From the NCBI GenBank assembly GCA_964252035.1, contig OZ176201.1: DNA of 64,000 bases; one strand, given 5' to 3'. The DNA is from Podarcis erhardii. Taxonomy: Eukaryota. A program made the translations under genes and the position numbers. This document shows, piece after piece, positions 23,866 through 37,211 of this stretch. Every line of letters starts with the position of its first letter. Position 1 is the stretch's first letter. The notes under the pieces were generated by a model, which made no database searches, was not told the DNA's origin, and was given only the letters and a program-made list of their open reading frames with translations.

Positions 23866-24235
23866 GGACTTTGGGAAGGAAGCGTGGGGACTCTGACAGG
23901 GTCCTTGAGTCCTCCCACCTCCTTTCCGAAGCCTAGTTAGTGCTTTCCCAACTTTGGGAAAAAGGTTGGAGGGCTCTAGCACCCTGCCAGGGCCTCGTGC
24001 CTCCTTCCCAAAGCCCAGAGCCTCGCTTAGCTGGCTTTCGGAAGGCAATGTTGGGGAGGGAAGGGGGCATCAAATTTTGGCTTTGCTTCCGCCCTGCATG
24101 CGACAAGACAGTGCACAGCCCACAGGTTCCGTGTCAAAGTGCTCTTGTGGCCCATTTGGTCGGAAAAGTTGGGCTGCCCTGGTCTAGAGGTTGCTGAAGT
24201 GGACCAAGCTGGCTTCTCCTGTTTCTGATGCAATA

Positions 24236-24470
24236 CAGTGGTACCTCTGGTTACGTACTTATGGTAATTCGTTCTGGAGGTTCGTTCTTAATCTGAAACT
24301 TCTAACCTGAAGACCACTTTAGCTAATGGGGCCTCCTGCTGCCGCCAGAGCACGATTTCTGTTCTCATCCTGAAGCAAAGTTCTTAACCCGAGGTACTAT
24401 TTCTGGGTTAGTGGAGTCTGTAACTTGAAGCATATGTAACCTGAAGTGTATGTAACCCGGGGTACCACTG
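24236..24470 (+). mobile_element. pogo/Tigger-like MITE
   Basis: CAGTGGTACC TIRs and TA TSD. Confidence 0.9.
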
Positions 24471-24548
24471 TATAAGGCTATTTCATAGGTTCTGTTGTTG
24501 CCGATGAAGCTGCTGCTAAAGGCAGAGCTCAGCAAGATAATTTAAGTA

Positions 24549-24789
24549 CAGTGGTACCTCGGTTTACGAACTTAATCTGTTCCGGAAGTCCGTTCTTAAA
24601 CCAAAACTGTTCTTAAACCGAGGCGCGCTTTCCCTAACTAGGCCTCTCTCCGCCGATGCCCTTCCACCGTTCGGATTTTGTTCTTAGACTGAGGTAAAGT
24701 TCTCAAACTGGGACACTATTTCCGGTTTTGCGGAGTTTGTAAACCAAATTGCTCTTAAACTGGACTGTTCTTAAACCGAGGTACCACTG
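24549..24789 (+). mobile_element. pogo/Tigger-like MITE, second subfamily (same TIR, different interior)
   Basis: cagtggtacctcggttta / taaaccgaggtaccactg with TA TSD. Confidence 0.88.
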
Positions 24790-25714
24790 TACTAGGAACC
24801 TTAAAGGAGAATGACAGTGCAAGGCCATAGCAACTGTGGGCCCTGTAGCAAAGTCATTGTTTGAGATGGTATTTGTATGGTGCATCTGGAGTTCCAACAG
24901 TGGTAGATTAACACATGTGGCACATGATGTGCCAACCTTACTCTAAGGTGGTTTGGGCATTGTCAGGGCTTGAATGGGAGACGACTGGGGAACCATGTGC
25001 ACATTGGCAGACTATACATTCAATATCTATATTGTGGTATGAAGTTAGCAGGACTGGAGAAAGCTATTTTGCAGCTCCATCTGTGAGCTTTTGGGAATAT
25101 AGCCAGGAAGGGAAAAATCAAGACCAGAACAGATGCAAATAATGATTTTGTATGGGGCTTCCGTTTGTCCTTTAATCCAACACTGTTGATGATCACACTC
25201 ACCGCACAGATGCCATCACTGATAATTACCCTCTTGCAGAGCCCATGGTGTGTTGATACCCAGGCCTAGTTCTTCCACCACACACAACTTTGCACCACGT
25301 GCAAAACAGAATGACTGCATTTTGTAGGTTGCAGGGGGTGGCTCGGAGGGTGGACAACACAAGATGGTGTGATTAAGTTGACAATTAGCCCATGATGTGC
25401 GTTAAGAGGGATGGGTGGAGTAAGAATATAGTGGAAGAATGATCTAATGACTGCATAGCTTACAGCAGGGGTAGCTAATGTCATGTCCTCCAGATGTTGC
25501 TGGACTACAACTCCCATCATCCCTGACCATTGACCACACTGGTGGGAGTTGGAGTTCAGCAACAACTGGAGGGCACCACATTGACAACCCCTGGCTAACC
25601 TGTGAAGTAGCCAATAATGGCAAATTTTGGAGATGAGGTTTTTAAAAAGAGGCTCCAAATAAGTGGATTAATTCATGTTGGAAGCTAGGGCCGTGGAAGA
25701 GTGGAGGAGAAATT

Positions 25715-26048
25715 CCATTTGGTTCATATTTTAATATGTAATCTGAAATGCAGCTTTCTCTTTAAACTTGCACTTTTCTGAACATTGCAGTGTAGTTTGC
25801 CAACCTAAAGAAGTGTACAAAAATGTGTGTATTAGGGGAAACTGCATATATAAACTGCATCTATGTGGAAATAACATGCAAACATGCATTACTGTCACGT
25901 GAAATGTGTGTTTTAGAAATGTATGTATTGGGAGGGGAAACATGCTAAAATGTTGGCAAATTTTGGGTAGGACTTAATTGTAAACTGATGCAGAAATGTG
26001 GGAAATGAGAAACTGGGTGAAATCAAAGTTGACAGATCCTTCCCTCCC
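25715..26048. repeat. Unclassified old AT-rich interspersed repeat
   Basis: Shares motifs (tgcatatattagg, tgagaaact, ttgacagat) with 51240-51690 and, in reverse, with 30140-30880. Confidence 0.5.
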
Positions 26049-26070
26049 TAGGGCTGTATCTGCATTAGTA

Positions 26071-26388
26071 AAGGTAAAGGGACCCCTGACCATTAGGTCC
26101 AGTCGTGACCGACTCTGGGGTTGCAGCACTCATCTCGCTTTATTGGCCGAGGGAGCCGGCATGACTAAGCTGCTTCTGGCGAACCAGAGCAGCGCACGGA
26201 AACGCCATTTACCTTCCCGCCAGAGTGGTACCTATTTATCTACTTGCACTTTGACATGCTTTTGAACTGCTAGGTTGGCAGGAGCAGGGACCGAGCAACG
26301 GGAGCTCACCCTGTCGCGGGGATTCGAACTGCCAACCTTCTGATCGGCAAGTTCTAGGCTCTGTGGTTTAACCCGCAGCGCCACCCAC
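26071..26388 (-). mobile_element. Sauria SINE with a 27-bp internal deletion
   Basis: 15-bp TSD gtatctgcattagta. Lacks gtacagcttccgggtcatgtggccagc relative to the other copies. Confidence 0.9.
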
Positions 26389-29300
26389 GTATCTGCATTA
26401 GTACGTTTGAATTCCTCCCAATTCAAATTTACGGACTCACTGTTAAGACCGTTTTCATGGAAGACAATCTTACTCGGCTACGAGTGATCACTGAAGAAGA
26501 AGAAGTATGTTTGAAGGGCAAAAGGCACCCATTGGCCCTAAGCATCTTGGTTATGTGTTTCCTGTTTATAGGGCAAGCACTTGCCAGAGGGAGGCATGTG
26601 GCGTCTCTGTGAATCACATCTTCCATTTTCCCGAAATTTATCCCCACATGGAGGGGTCCATAGACTCTGGAGCATAAGAGATGACATTCTGTGTTTTAAC
26701 TTTGAACAAACTGCAGAACCTGGATTTGATGGCAAAGCGGTATGGGGAGCAAGCAGGAGGTAGTTTAGGATGTATGGACAGGAGGAAATAGCCAGGAAGC
26801 CTTTGCTTCACAGCATAACATCTGCACTGGAGAAAAGATTTGCTTTCCGCTTCCCTGGAAATCCCAAAGGCCAGCTTTTGCTTGCCTTTATGAAAGAAAA
26901 TTTTTTTGTTGCCATAACTAAACACAGGCAGATTTAGTGCGGCCCTGTTTTTTAAGGGGCTAACCCTACACATGATGTGCAAAATTGTGCAGTGGAGCCT
27001 GGGCAATGTTTATTGTTGTTACTTTAAATGAAAACCAGCTTGGGGAGGCAATGATTCTGAGTGGAGAAGCAGTGTGTGCACGCTTAATGCTTTCCCCATG
27101 CACCAAAACAGCCCCCCCCAACTATTTCCTTATGCTTGCGCACAAAATGTTAGTCATACATAGAATTCACCTGCTGAAATAAATGAACTTAAGTCCATTG
27201 ATTTCAGTGGGGCTGCTCTGAGATCACCTTTAGCCTGTGATGGAGCCCTCTATAACTTTTGGGCACACTCATTTGCTTACTCCAATAGTGGCCCTCCAAA
27301 GGGAAGGGGCCATTGGTCAGTGATGGAATGTGTGCTTTGTATACCTCAGGCACAGACTCAATCTCTGGTATCTTCAGCTAAAGGATCTTGGGTAGCAGAC
27401 CTGGGATTGCCAGCTGCACATGACCTTTGAGAACCACTGTTACTCAAATGAGACAGTCCTGGGCTGCAACAGAACTTGGTTTAAGGCAGCTTCATTCATT
27501 CAAAAACACACAGCTGGCAAGACAGGAGTGCAAGAGGAGTGCATGTGCCTGACAAGTATACCAGTAAGGGCACACATACTGTTTCATCACATTCCTACAT
27601 TATGTTGGGCGTACACCCAAATAAAATTGTCCACGTCTGAAGCAGCTCTTCAGAGCTTTTCTTGACATGGCTTGAATGTGTGTTTCCCTTTTGCCCAGTT
27701 TTCAACAGATGACCACAATGCCGAATCCACAAATCTAAAAATACTGTTTTGGCAGCGTTGCACTTGAAATAAGGGATGCTGATAGCCGTGATGTTCTGGA
27801 ATACGGGGCAACCTTTTACCATTAAGGGCTAGAACGTAAAAGAGCAGTTAAAACTGGCATTTCTGGTGCATGCCTGAACCCCTGGGCTTTCAAATTCTCG
27901 ATATCATATTTGCAGCCTGCCTTCTATTCAAACTGCTGGGGGTGGGGAAAACAGCTTTTATGTGTGCATGTGTTTTTAAAGCAAAGGAAATGCCGACTTG
28001 TGTGGTGTGAGCGGAACAGGACCACAAAGGCCGGAAACACAGGCGCATGGGCTAATGCTTGAGATGCTTCTGGCAGCATCAGCTGCAGGGATAGTTGCAG
28101 ACCTAGGCATACCTGCTAGAAGAAAGCCAGTCCTGTTACACTCAGTGGGTCTCACACCTTCAAAGGTGTCTTTCAGGTTGGGCTGCTAAAGTGGAAAGGA
28201 AGATCTCTGCTCATAGCTGATGTTCTCAAAGAGGGGTGGTCCTCCAGAAATGTTGCTGGACTGGTCTCACAGATCTACAGCAAGGCCAATGGTCAGAAAT
28301 GATGGGAGTTGGAATCCAGCCTTGTATGGAGGGCTGCAGTCCCCCCTCTCCATCGCTTTAAGATCATTCTGAAACCACGGGCAAACAAAGCTTTGTGACT
28401 CAGGGTGAGATGATGAGGGTGCAGTCTCAGGGATTATCTGATGATTTTTGGAATACAAGAATTGTTGTGCTGGGATCTGACTGATGGTCTGCCCAGAACA
28501 GATCACTAGCAAATGTTTTTCAAACAGTAGCTAGTCAGATATCAGTGGGAAGTTCACAAGCAAAGGATCATAACCCTGTCTAGCCCCGCTGTTAATCCCC
28601 TAGGGAGGTGGCCAGATGCAAAGGAGGATAGCATCCTATGCCTTTAACAATCATGAAGAAGAGGGTTTTTTCTCTCTGCAGGTGCAGCTACACATGCAGA
28701 GATGTCTCTGCTGAAATTCCCTCTTCTATATGGGCAAAGTGGTGGGCCCTCAACACTGGCTAGGGTTGACGGGAGTTTGAGCCCACCAGCAACATCTGGA
28801 GGACTACAGCTTCCTCATTGCTGTGTTAAAGGAATAGGTATCTGCAGCTTTCTTTTGCATCTGGCTAGGGCTGCTCAGTTGCAACTCAAGTTCCCCCCTT
28901 TACATTTTCTGCCACTGTATTTTGGGATCTGCTATGGATATATCACACAACAAGCTAGCCAGGGAGAGGACATCTATGTGGGCAAATATTCCGGGAAAGA
29001 AAGGGTAGGAAAAGCCACAGTCACCCTGTGTTGTGTCTTGGACCCACTTAAAAGCAAATGGAAGAATTGCTGGTTTGCAATGCAGGAATGCTATATATGG
29101 ACATGCCAGTCATTGGGCTTTGTCCACTGTGAGCATACTTGCCTTTCAACAAGGGGGTTGTGCTTTTGGCAACCGTGGCCATTAGTTCTGTGCTTTCTTG
29201 CTTGTGGCTATCAAACTGCCCTGTGGCAACAACTTTCTTAAAAATCCCACAGGAGTGGTTCTTAGTTGAGTTGGGGAGTGGCTGAGCCACAGCCCTGAAT

Positions 29301-29721
29301 CTTCTACTCTGTTCTGCACCCCTTCCAACCAACACATGCCTCTCCAGACACATCTTCTGGCTGCTTTTCTAGACACTGCTGCTGTTCCTTTGCCATCTGA
29401 GCTGTTAATGGAAGAGTGCTTTAGCTAGCCAAACAAGCCCTTGTTTTGTCAGGGAGGTTGGACCTGTGGCCCTCCAAACGCTGTTGCCCCACAGCTCGCA
29501 TCATCATTGGCCACTGGCTATGTTGGCTGGGGCGGATGGGAGTTGAAGAATCCCTGGAGGGTTACAGGTTCTCCACCCTGTCTTAGCTCCAGTAGCTCCA
29601 CATGTGAGCACGTAACAGCCAATCCTTGCCAGCATCACAGTAAACCTATCTGAACGCTTGAATCAGCTACAACCCTTCTAGCCCTTGGAGAAGAGCTTTA
29701 GGAGACAGCTAATATTTGTTG

Positions 29722-30068
29722 GGGACGCTGGTGGCGCTGTGGGTTAAACCACAGAGCCTAGGACTTGCCGATCAGAAGGTCAGCGGTTCGAATCCCCGTG
29801 ACAGGGTGAGCTCCTGTTGCTCGGTCCCAGCTCCTGCCCACCTAGCAGTTCGAAAGCATGTCAAAGTGGAAGTAGATAAATAGGTACCACTCTGGCAGGA
29901 AGGTAAACGGCGTTTCCGTTCGCTGCTCTGGTTCGCCACAAGTGGCTTAGTCATGCTGGGCACTTGACCCGGAAGCTGTACGCTGGCTGCCTTGGCCAGT
30001 AAAGCGAGATGAGCGCCGCAACCCCGGAGTCGGCCACAACTGGACCTAATGGTCAGGGGTCCCTTTAC
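29722..30068 (+). mobile_element. Sauria SINE
   Basis: Box A/B head, TSD ctaatatttgttg at 29709-21 and 30069-81. Confidence 0.92.
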
Positions 30069-30471
30069 CTAATATTTGTTGAGGCAACATTAGGGCTCAA
30101 CTTCAGCCTGATCCATGGCTGCCCATGGCTGATCCATGGGCAGAATCTGTCAGTTTTGGTGTCTCTCAGTTTCTCATTTTTCCAATCTTAAGTTCACTTC
30201 TCCACTTTTCCACATCAGTCTGAAATTTTCTTTTTAAAGAAAAAAGTCCCTTTGAAAAGTTATCAGCATCTTTCATTTCTCTGCATATGTACACGCTTGC
30301 AGTTTTCCTTAACATACACATTATTGCAAAGTGATTTCCCCTAATGCAGTTCATCCCTCCCCCTGCTAATATATGTATCTTCATGCACACTTTACCCCAA
30401 TTTTGCAAAATTCAGTGAGGTGTGAATTTTGAAGGTCAGCGCTGTTTTGTTTCGTGTACTGTTTTGGAAGT

Positions 30472-30806
30472 GGGATGCGGGTGGCGCTGTGGGTTAAACC
30501 ACAGAGCCTAGGACTTGCCAATCAGAAGGTCGGTGGTTCAAATTCCCATGACGGGGTGAGCTCCCATTGTTTGGTCCCTGCTGCTGCCAACCTAGCAGTT
30601 CAAAAGCACGTCAAAGTGCAAGTAGATAAATAGGTACCGCTCCGGCGGGGAAGGTAAACAGCATTTTCGTGGCTTAGTCATGCTGGCCACATGACCCGGA
30701 AGCTGTATGCCGGCTCCCTCGGCCAGTAAAGCGAGATGAGCGCTGCAACCCCAGAGTCTGCAACAACTGGACCTAACGGTCAGCGGTCCCTTTACCTTTA
30801 CCTTTT
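30472..30806 (+). mobile_element. Sauria SINE inserted in the unclassified AT-rich repeat
   Basis: TSD tactgttttggaa at 30457-69 and 30807-19, small internal deletion. Confidence 0.9.
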
Positions 30807-31420
30807 TACTGTTTTGGAAAGTGTGAATGGGGTAGATTCGTCTTTAAATGTGAACTGAATCAAACTCCTCCTCCACCCCTAAGCAAGGCACACCCACAGA
30901 CAGACCAAAGTGGGGCTGTACTTTTACCCCCATCCCTGACATTTCACCTGCCTTTCCTAACAACCATGCACACATTTGTCTGTAGAGAAAAGCCAACACA
31001 TGGGCTTCTCCTGAAATGCAGGGGCTCCATGTGATTAGGACCCCTTGCTGTGTGGATGCCCTGATCACGCAAAGCCTCTGGCATGCAAGGAGTGTTGTTG
31101 GCCTTTTTATATAGCAACCACACACAAAGCACAGTTGTTGGCTTTTTTAAAAAGGAGAAGATTGGACATCAGAGTTGCAGCACAGTTCCGCTCTGGTCTA
31201 TATGCAGGTATGCTAGTCTTGCAGATGTAGAGGCTTATGGGTGCCTTCATTCTGTGCTCTTGGTAACTCTTACCATGTAGATATGAACCCTCCTGTCTAT
31301 GTTTATTCTATTCTGTGATTATTTTGTGTAGGTGCAGGAACTGGCACTGCATACTGAGTTTAGAGACTTTCCACTTTCTTTAAGGGCTGGCTGAGGTGGG
31401 GAAACAAGCCCACCTTGTTT

Positions 31421-31669
31421 CCAGTGTGGTGTAGTGATTAAGAGCAGTGGACTCGTAATCTGGTGAACCGGGTTTGCTTCCCCGCTCTTCCACATGGAGC
31501 TGCTGGGTGACCTTGGGCTAGTCACTCTTCTCTGAAGTCTCTCAGCCCCACTCACCTCACAGAATGTTTGTTGTGGGGGAGGAAGGGAAAAGGAGATTGT
31601 TAGCTGCTTTGAGACTCCTTAAGGTAGTGATAAAGCGGGATGTCAAATCCAAACTCTTCTCTTCTTCTT
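31421..31669 (+). mobile_element. Squam3-like tRNA-derived SINE
   Basis: ccagtgtggtgtagtgattaagagcagtggactcgtaatctgg... ending aaactcttctcttcttc. Confidence 0.8.
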
Positions 31670-32032
31670 TACCTTCCCAGCCCTTAATGACACAAAGAGG
31701 TTTGAAAGGTGACAAATGGTGCAATTTCAGAGGCAGTGGGAGGCGGGTTCGGTGTTTGAAAGGGCTAGAGGTGGAGCTCCAGTGCTTGGTACAGCTCTGT
31801 GCCCTGCCACTTAGATAGCAGAAGCAGAATCCTATGAAATATCAAGAGCATGCATTCATGTGCCACATCTGTACAGCTGATAGGAATCCAGCTTGTCTCT
31901 GTGCAGAAGGAATTTTGCTGCTGCAACTTCCACTGCAGAATGTACCTGGCCTTGCCTAGGTGCTTTTAAATATGTCGGGTTCCCTCCACTCAGGCCTGCG
32001 CTTGGAGCTGTTGTTTCATCAGTGATGTAGAC

Positions 32033-32288
32033 CAGGGGTCAGCAAACCTTTTCAGCAGGGGGCTGGTCCACTGTCCCTCAGACCTTGTGGTGGGCCGGAC
32101 TATATTTTGAGGGGGGAAATAATAATGAACGAATTCCTATGCCCCACAAAGAACCCAGAAATGCATTTTAAATAAAAGCACACATTCTACTCATGTAAAA
32201 ACACGCTGATTCCCAGACCGTCTGTGGGCCAGATTGAGAAGGCTATTGGGCCGCATCTGGCCCCCGGGCTTTAGTTTGCCTACCCCTG
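32033..32288 (+). mobile_element. hAT (Charlie-like) MITE, same family as 5942-6189
   Basis: caggggtcagcaaac / gtttgcctacccctg with perfect 8-bp TSD atgtagac. Confidence 0.9.
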
Positions 32289-33713
32289 ATGTAGACCAAA
32301 AGCTTACCTCTGAGGTGCTGCAGGCTCCTCCCCTTCCTGGCTCTCTGCCAGGCCCTGATCCAGGCAAGCACTTCTGTGCAGCTCCCTTTTCTGAGTTAAC
32401 TGATGTGCAGCTAGCGGCGCAGTTTGGTGGGGGTGGCTGAGGAGTCTGCCTTGTGTCTGTGGCTCTGGGGGAAAGCCAGCTAGGACTCCAGGCACCGCTC
32501 CCTGAATCTCAGTCAGATGGGACTACTCTTAAGAAGGGCCTCCACAGAAGATCTTAATTCTGGGGAGGCAAATATGGGGAGAGTCTGCATCGCTAAAAGT
32601 CCTGTGTCCTAAATATCTAAGGGAGTGCCTCCTACTCCTGGTGAGTAGGAACCAGGAGAGGTCTAGCGTTGGGTTCCTTTTCTTGGCTTGCTCCTCAATT
32701 TAAGATGTGATTATTTTATTTGGTTTCTAGAACTCTAGTTTAGAATGCTTTTGAGTCCCTTTAGTGGAGAATACAGCTAATAAGCCTCAATGGGGGGGGG
32801 ATGAATGAATGGATCTAACCCACTCCTTTGCCCCTGACCAGAATGAATAACAGTTAAACCATTCCAGACAGAAGCTGATGTGACTATTTTCCAGAGTTTC
32901 CCATCACTGGGTCTCCACAAGCTCCCTTGGTAATTTGTTCCATTGCTTGGCTATTATTATGGTTGGAAAATTTCTGCTGACATTTTTTGAGCTAAATCTT
33001 TCCTCCTGCAGTTGGAGTTCATTCTCCTTTGCCACACAGGAAAGGGGGTGTGAGCGCAGCCCCCATAGTTGCTGCTGCCACCCTCCAACTGCGTCACTCT
33101 GATGTCCCCTCTGCCTCTTTTTTCTTCTTGCCTTTGCCAACGGAGGTGGTTGTGGAGGAACTGCACCCTTTCCATCTGGTGTGCCACAGTCTCTCACCTG
33201 CAGCAGAGTGTGAAATGCAGGGGCTGAGCTCCCTGATCTGAGCTCCATCACCCCACAGAGCATATACCGTATATGGGCTGTGTGCTTTGTGGTTGTCTTT
33301 TTAGATGCCGTTTCTATCCCTTAAGGATGCAGAGATAGGCTTGAAAGTGTCTTAGGTGATGGCTTTTAAAACTCAAGGTAGGAGGGGAAAGGGTGGGTTA
33401 CAATAGACATAGTGCTTACCCTCCGTTTGCCTCATCCAAAACATGAATAACTTGTTTAAACTAAATTCACTCAGTTGTTGGCCATTTTTTCCCTACAGGC
33501 TTCAAAATCCAGCTTGGTACAGAATTCAAACTACTTAGTACAGAACATTTATATTCTTAGTACAGAGTATTTATTTATTTACTGAATTTATTCTCCACCC
33601 TTCCTCCCCAGAGAATCCCAAGCAGCAAACACATACACAGTTTAAAAACAAAGCAAAAATATGTTTAAACAGTCAAAACATTCTAAAAACAATTACAATT
33701 AAAAACATGTAAA

Positions 33714-34080
33714 GGTAAAGGTAAAGGTACCCCTGCCCATGCGGGCCAGTCGTGTCCGACTCTAGGGTTTTGCGCCCATCTCACTTAAGAGGCCGGGGGC
33801 CAGCGCTGTCCGGAGACACTTCCGGGTCACGTGGCCAGTGTGACGAAGCTGCTCTGGCGAGCCGGCACCAGCGCCGCACACGGAAACGCTGTTTACCTTC
33901 CCACTATAAAGCGGTACTTATTTATCTACTTGCACTTAGGGGTGCTTTCAAACTGCTAGGTGGGCAGGAGCTGGGACCGAAAGACAGGAGCTCACCCCGC
34001 CGCGGGGATTCAAACCGCCGACCATACGATCAGCAAGTCCTAGGCACTGAGGATTTACCCACAGCGCCACCCGCGTCCCT
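33714..34080 (-). mobile_element. Sauria SINE, divergent subfamily
   Basis: 15-bp TSD ttaaaaacatgtaaa. Many diagnostic differences from the other eight copies. Confidence 0.88.
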
Positions 34081-35261
34081 CTTAAAAACATGTAAAAGCA
34101 GCTAAAAACATTCTTCCGTTCAGTGATCATAGGATTGCCAGGAATGGTATTCTTCAGCCACCAAATGCCTGGGTAAATAGGAATGTTTTCAAATTCCTCC
34201 TGGAAGTGAATAATGATGGAGAAAGACGCACCTTGCTTGGAAGGGCCTTCACAACCAAGGAACCATCACTGAAAAGGCCCTGCTAGTACCATTACTTGCC
34301 TGTATCTAAAAATATAAGTAGCAAGATAGTAATAGATAAGAGCAGTTTGTGCCCATTTTCCAGTCCTCTGACAACTAAGTTATGCTGTGAACCTGGGACC
34401 AGTGAGCACCCACAGAAGCAATGCATCCTGGGATACCATCTCTGGAAGCAAATGCGACCAGACATGAGAGCTTTCCCCAACCTGGTGCCCTTCAGAAGTA
34501 GTTGGAACTCCCAACTCCCAGCATGGCCGGTGACCAGGAATGATGGGAATCAAAGTCCATAACATCTGTCAGGCCACAGGACAGGGAAGTCTGGAGCAGT
34601 TGCTTGTCTTCTGAATGCTTGATGGCAGCAGGTGCCATCGCTTTTTTTGTTGCCGCAAGGAAACATGGCAGGCGGGGAACGTCGTGTCTGATGCTCTAGC
34701 TGTCAAGGGAGCTCTGTTCTAACCTGCCGAATGACACTTAGCCTCAGGGGTTCCAAAACTCTCATCGCCTTTTCCCAGGATTACCTCAGTGTCTTGCTAC
34801 CTGAGCTTGAAGCCGCCAGATCTGAGGAAATTCCACCCAGCTTGGTGTCTGCCGCCTTCTCAAACATATAAAACCAGTGTTCAACACCTTTCATGGGCTT
34901 GCTCTATAAAACACAGTCTAGGTCAAGGTGAGTGTCTTTATATTTTGGGTGGCTCCCATCCCAGGATTCACTGTGGATTTTAAAGAGGACTTTGGGGTGG
35001 CGTTCCTGCTCGCTGGGCAAATGGGAGCCCATTGTATCAAAGGAAGGAAAAAACAAACAAACCCTTTTTTCTACCCAAGATACAGAGCCTTTGAAGCAAG
35101 GCAGTTCCTATGATGTGGTCCTCTATAAATTGTTGGACTGCAACTCCCATCATCCCTTACAATTGATAATGCTGGCTAGGGCTGATAGGAGGTGGAGTCC
35201 ATCAACATCTGGAGGGCCACAGGCTCCACACATCTCCTGCATGCACAGACACACAGAGCCA

Positions 35262-35690
35262 TAATGATAATTTATTATTTATACCCCGCCCATCTGGCTG
35301 GGTTTCCCCAGCCACTCTGGGCGGCTCCCAATTGAATATTAAAAACACAAAACAGCATTAAACATTAAAAACTTCCCTAAAGACGGCTGCCTTCAGATGT
35401 CTTTTAAAAATAGGATAGTTGTTTATTTCCTTGACATCTGATGGGAGGGTGTTCCACAGGGCGGGCACCACCACTGAGAAGGCCCTCTGCCTGGTTCCCT
35501 GTAACCTCACTTCTCGCAATGAGGGAACCGCCAGAAGGCCCTCGGAGCTGGACCTCAGTGTCCAGGTTGAACAATGGGGGGTGAAGATGCTCCTTCAGGT
35601 ATACTGGGCCGAGGCTGTTTAGGGCTTTAAAGGTCAGCATCAACACTTTGAATTGTGCTCGGAAACGTACAGGGAGCCAATGCAGGTCTC
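35262..35690 (-). mobile_element. L2-clade LINE 3' fragment
   Basis: The - strand encodes LTFKALNSLGPVYLKEHLHP; family-typical terminus and tail. Confidence 0.85.
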
Positions 35691-36671
35691 TAACTGAGCT
35701 CCAAGAAAAGAGAAATTCTGTGCTCCACCTAATTTAAGCAAATAATTGTGAACCCAAATCTGCTCAGCATTTTAAACCTCACTTTTTAAACCAAGGAATG
35801 GTGCATTCTACAACCAGTATGCAGGGGCTCACTCCTTTTACTCAAAGTCTTACTCCACGGTTTCTCAGTAGACACTGTACAGGTCATGTCAGGAACACTG
35901 AGTTCCTCCATCCAACCTTTGAGAGTTCTGCCTTGACATCCTTCTCCCTTTGCAAATCCCTCAAACCCTTGTAGAACTACAGCTGCTGGTTCTCAAGTCC
36001 CATTGCGCACGTTTCATCTAAGTGAAGTTTGCTTTGGCAGGTAGCTGTGGGACGCCAATGGCTACTAGAGTCAGATAGGTGATCCTGAAGGCAGTGGACT
36101 ACATCAGCCTTTCCCAGCCTTGGGATGCTGTTGGACAACAACTCCCATTATCCCTGACTGTAGACCATGCTGTCCGGGGATGAAGGGGCTTGCAAGACTG
36201 GGAAACACCGGCACCCCTGTAATTGAACAACAGTACCAGGCCCTGCTGCCAGTAGTTGTTGGGGCTACTCTAGAACCAGAAACCTTTGGTTCAGTGCATG
36301 TGGCTGCCCTTTGTGGTGAGGTAACAGGCCTGCACCTTGGAACATCTTACCTGGTAGTGATGTGTTCTCAGGGGTCAGGAGTGGCCCCACCTACCCATCC
36401 TGTCCATTGGGCCCTCCTGGACAGGAAGGGATATAAATGGCTTCCTGTTTGGCTTGGAGCTTTTCCTGAGCAACATGGCCTTCCTGGCTCTGGAGCATTT
36501 CTGTGTGTCCCTTGGCTCTGACTCCCTGGCTCGACTCCTGGCTTACCTCTGACCTCTGTCCCAGGCATGCACGCTGGACAGTGTCACAATGAGAGTGAAA
36601 CTATCTTTGTAAGCCATCTTGAGCTGTGGGAAAGTGGCAGAAAATATTAATTAAAAATACACATGCATGTA

Positions 36672-36683
36672 GTAGTAGTAGTA

Positions 36684-36730
<47 letters not shown>

Positions 36731-37211
36731 TTATTATTTGTACCCCACCCATCTGGCTGGGTTTCCCCAGCCACTCTGGGCAGCTTCCACAGAGACCAAA
36801 AATACACTAAAATGTCACACATTAAAAACTTCCCTGAACCGGGCTGCCTTCAGATGTCTTCTGAATGTCAGGTAGTTGTTCATCGCTTTGACATCTGATG
36901 GGAGGGCATTCCACAGGGCGGGTGCCACTACCGAGAAGGCCCTCTGCCTGGTTCCCTGTAGCTTTGCTTCTCACAGTGAGGGAACCGCCAGAAGGCCCTC
37001 GGAGCTGGACCTCGGTGTCCGGGCTGGACAATGGGGGTGGAGATGCTCCTTCAGGTATACTTGGCCAAGGCCGTTTAGGGCTTTAAAGGTCAACACCAGC
37101 ACTTTGAATTGTGCTCGGAAACGTACTGGGAGCCAGTGTAGGTCTTTCAAGACCGGTGCTATGTGGTCTCGGTGGCTGCCTCCAGTCACCAGCCTAGCTG
37201 CCGCATTCTGG
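36672..37211 (-). mobile_element. L2-clade LINE 3' fragment with a (GTA)n(ATA)n tail
   Basis: VQNAAARLVTGGSHRDHIAPVLKDLHWLPVRFRAQFKVLVLTFKAL. 13-bp TSD acacatgcatgta at 36659-71 and 37212-24. Confidence 0.92.

Noticed and set aside
26150-26170. 27-bp deletion in a Sauria SINE
   Set aside because: Explained by slippage between gccggc and gccagc microhomologies; ordinary decay
28702-29241. 179-aa + strand ORF
   Set aside because: No recognisable motif; it includes repeat-derived sequence
36350-36590. Possible solo LTR (TATA-like gatataaat, ends tgtcaca)
   Set aside because: No convincing TSD or poly(A) signal
36626-36898. Poly-Asn, poly-Ile and poly-Leu ORFs
   Set aside because: Translations of the (ATA)n tail of an L2 element
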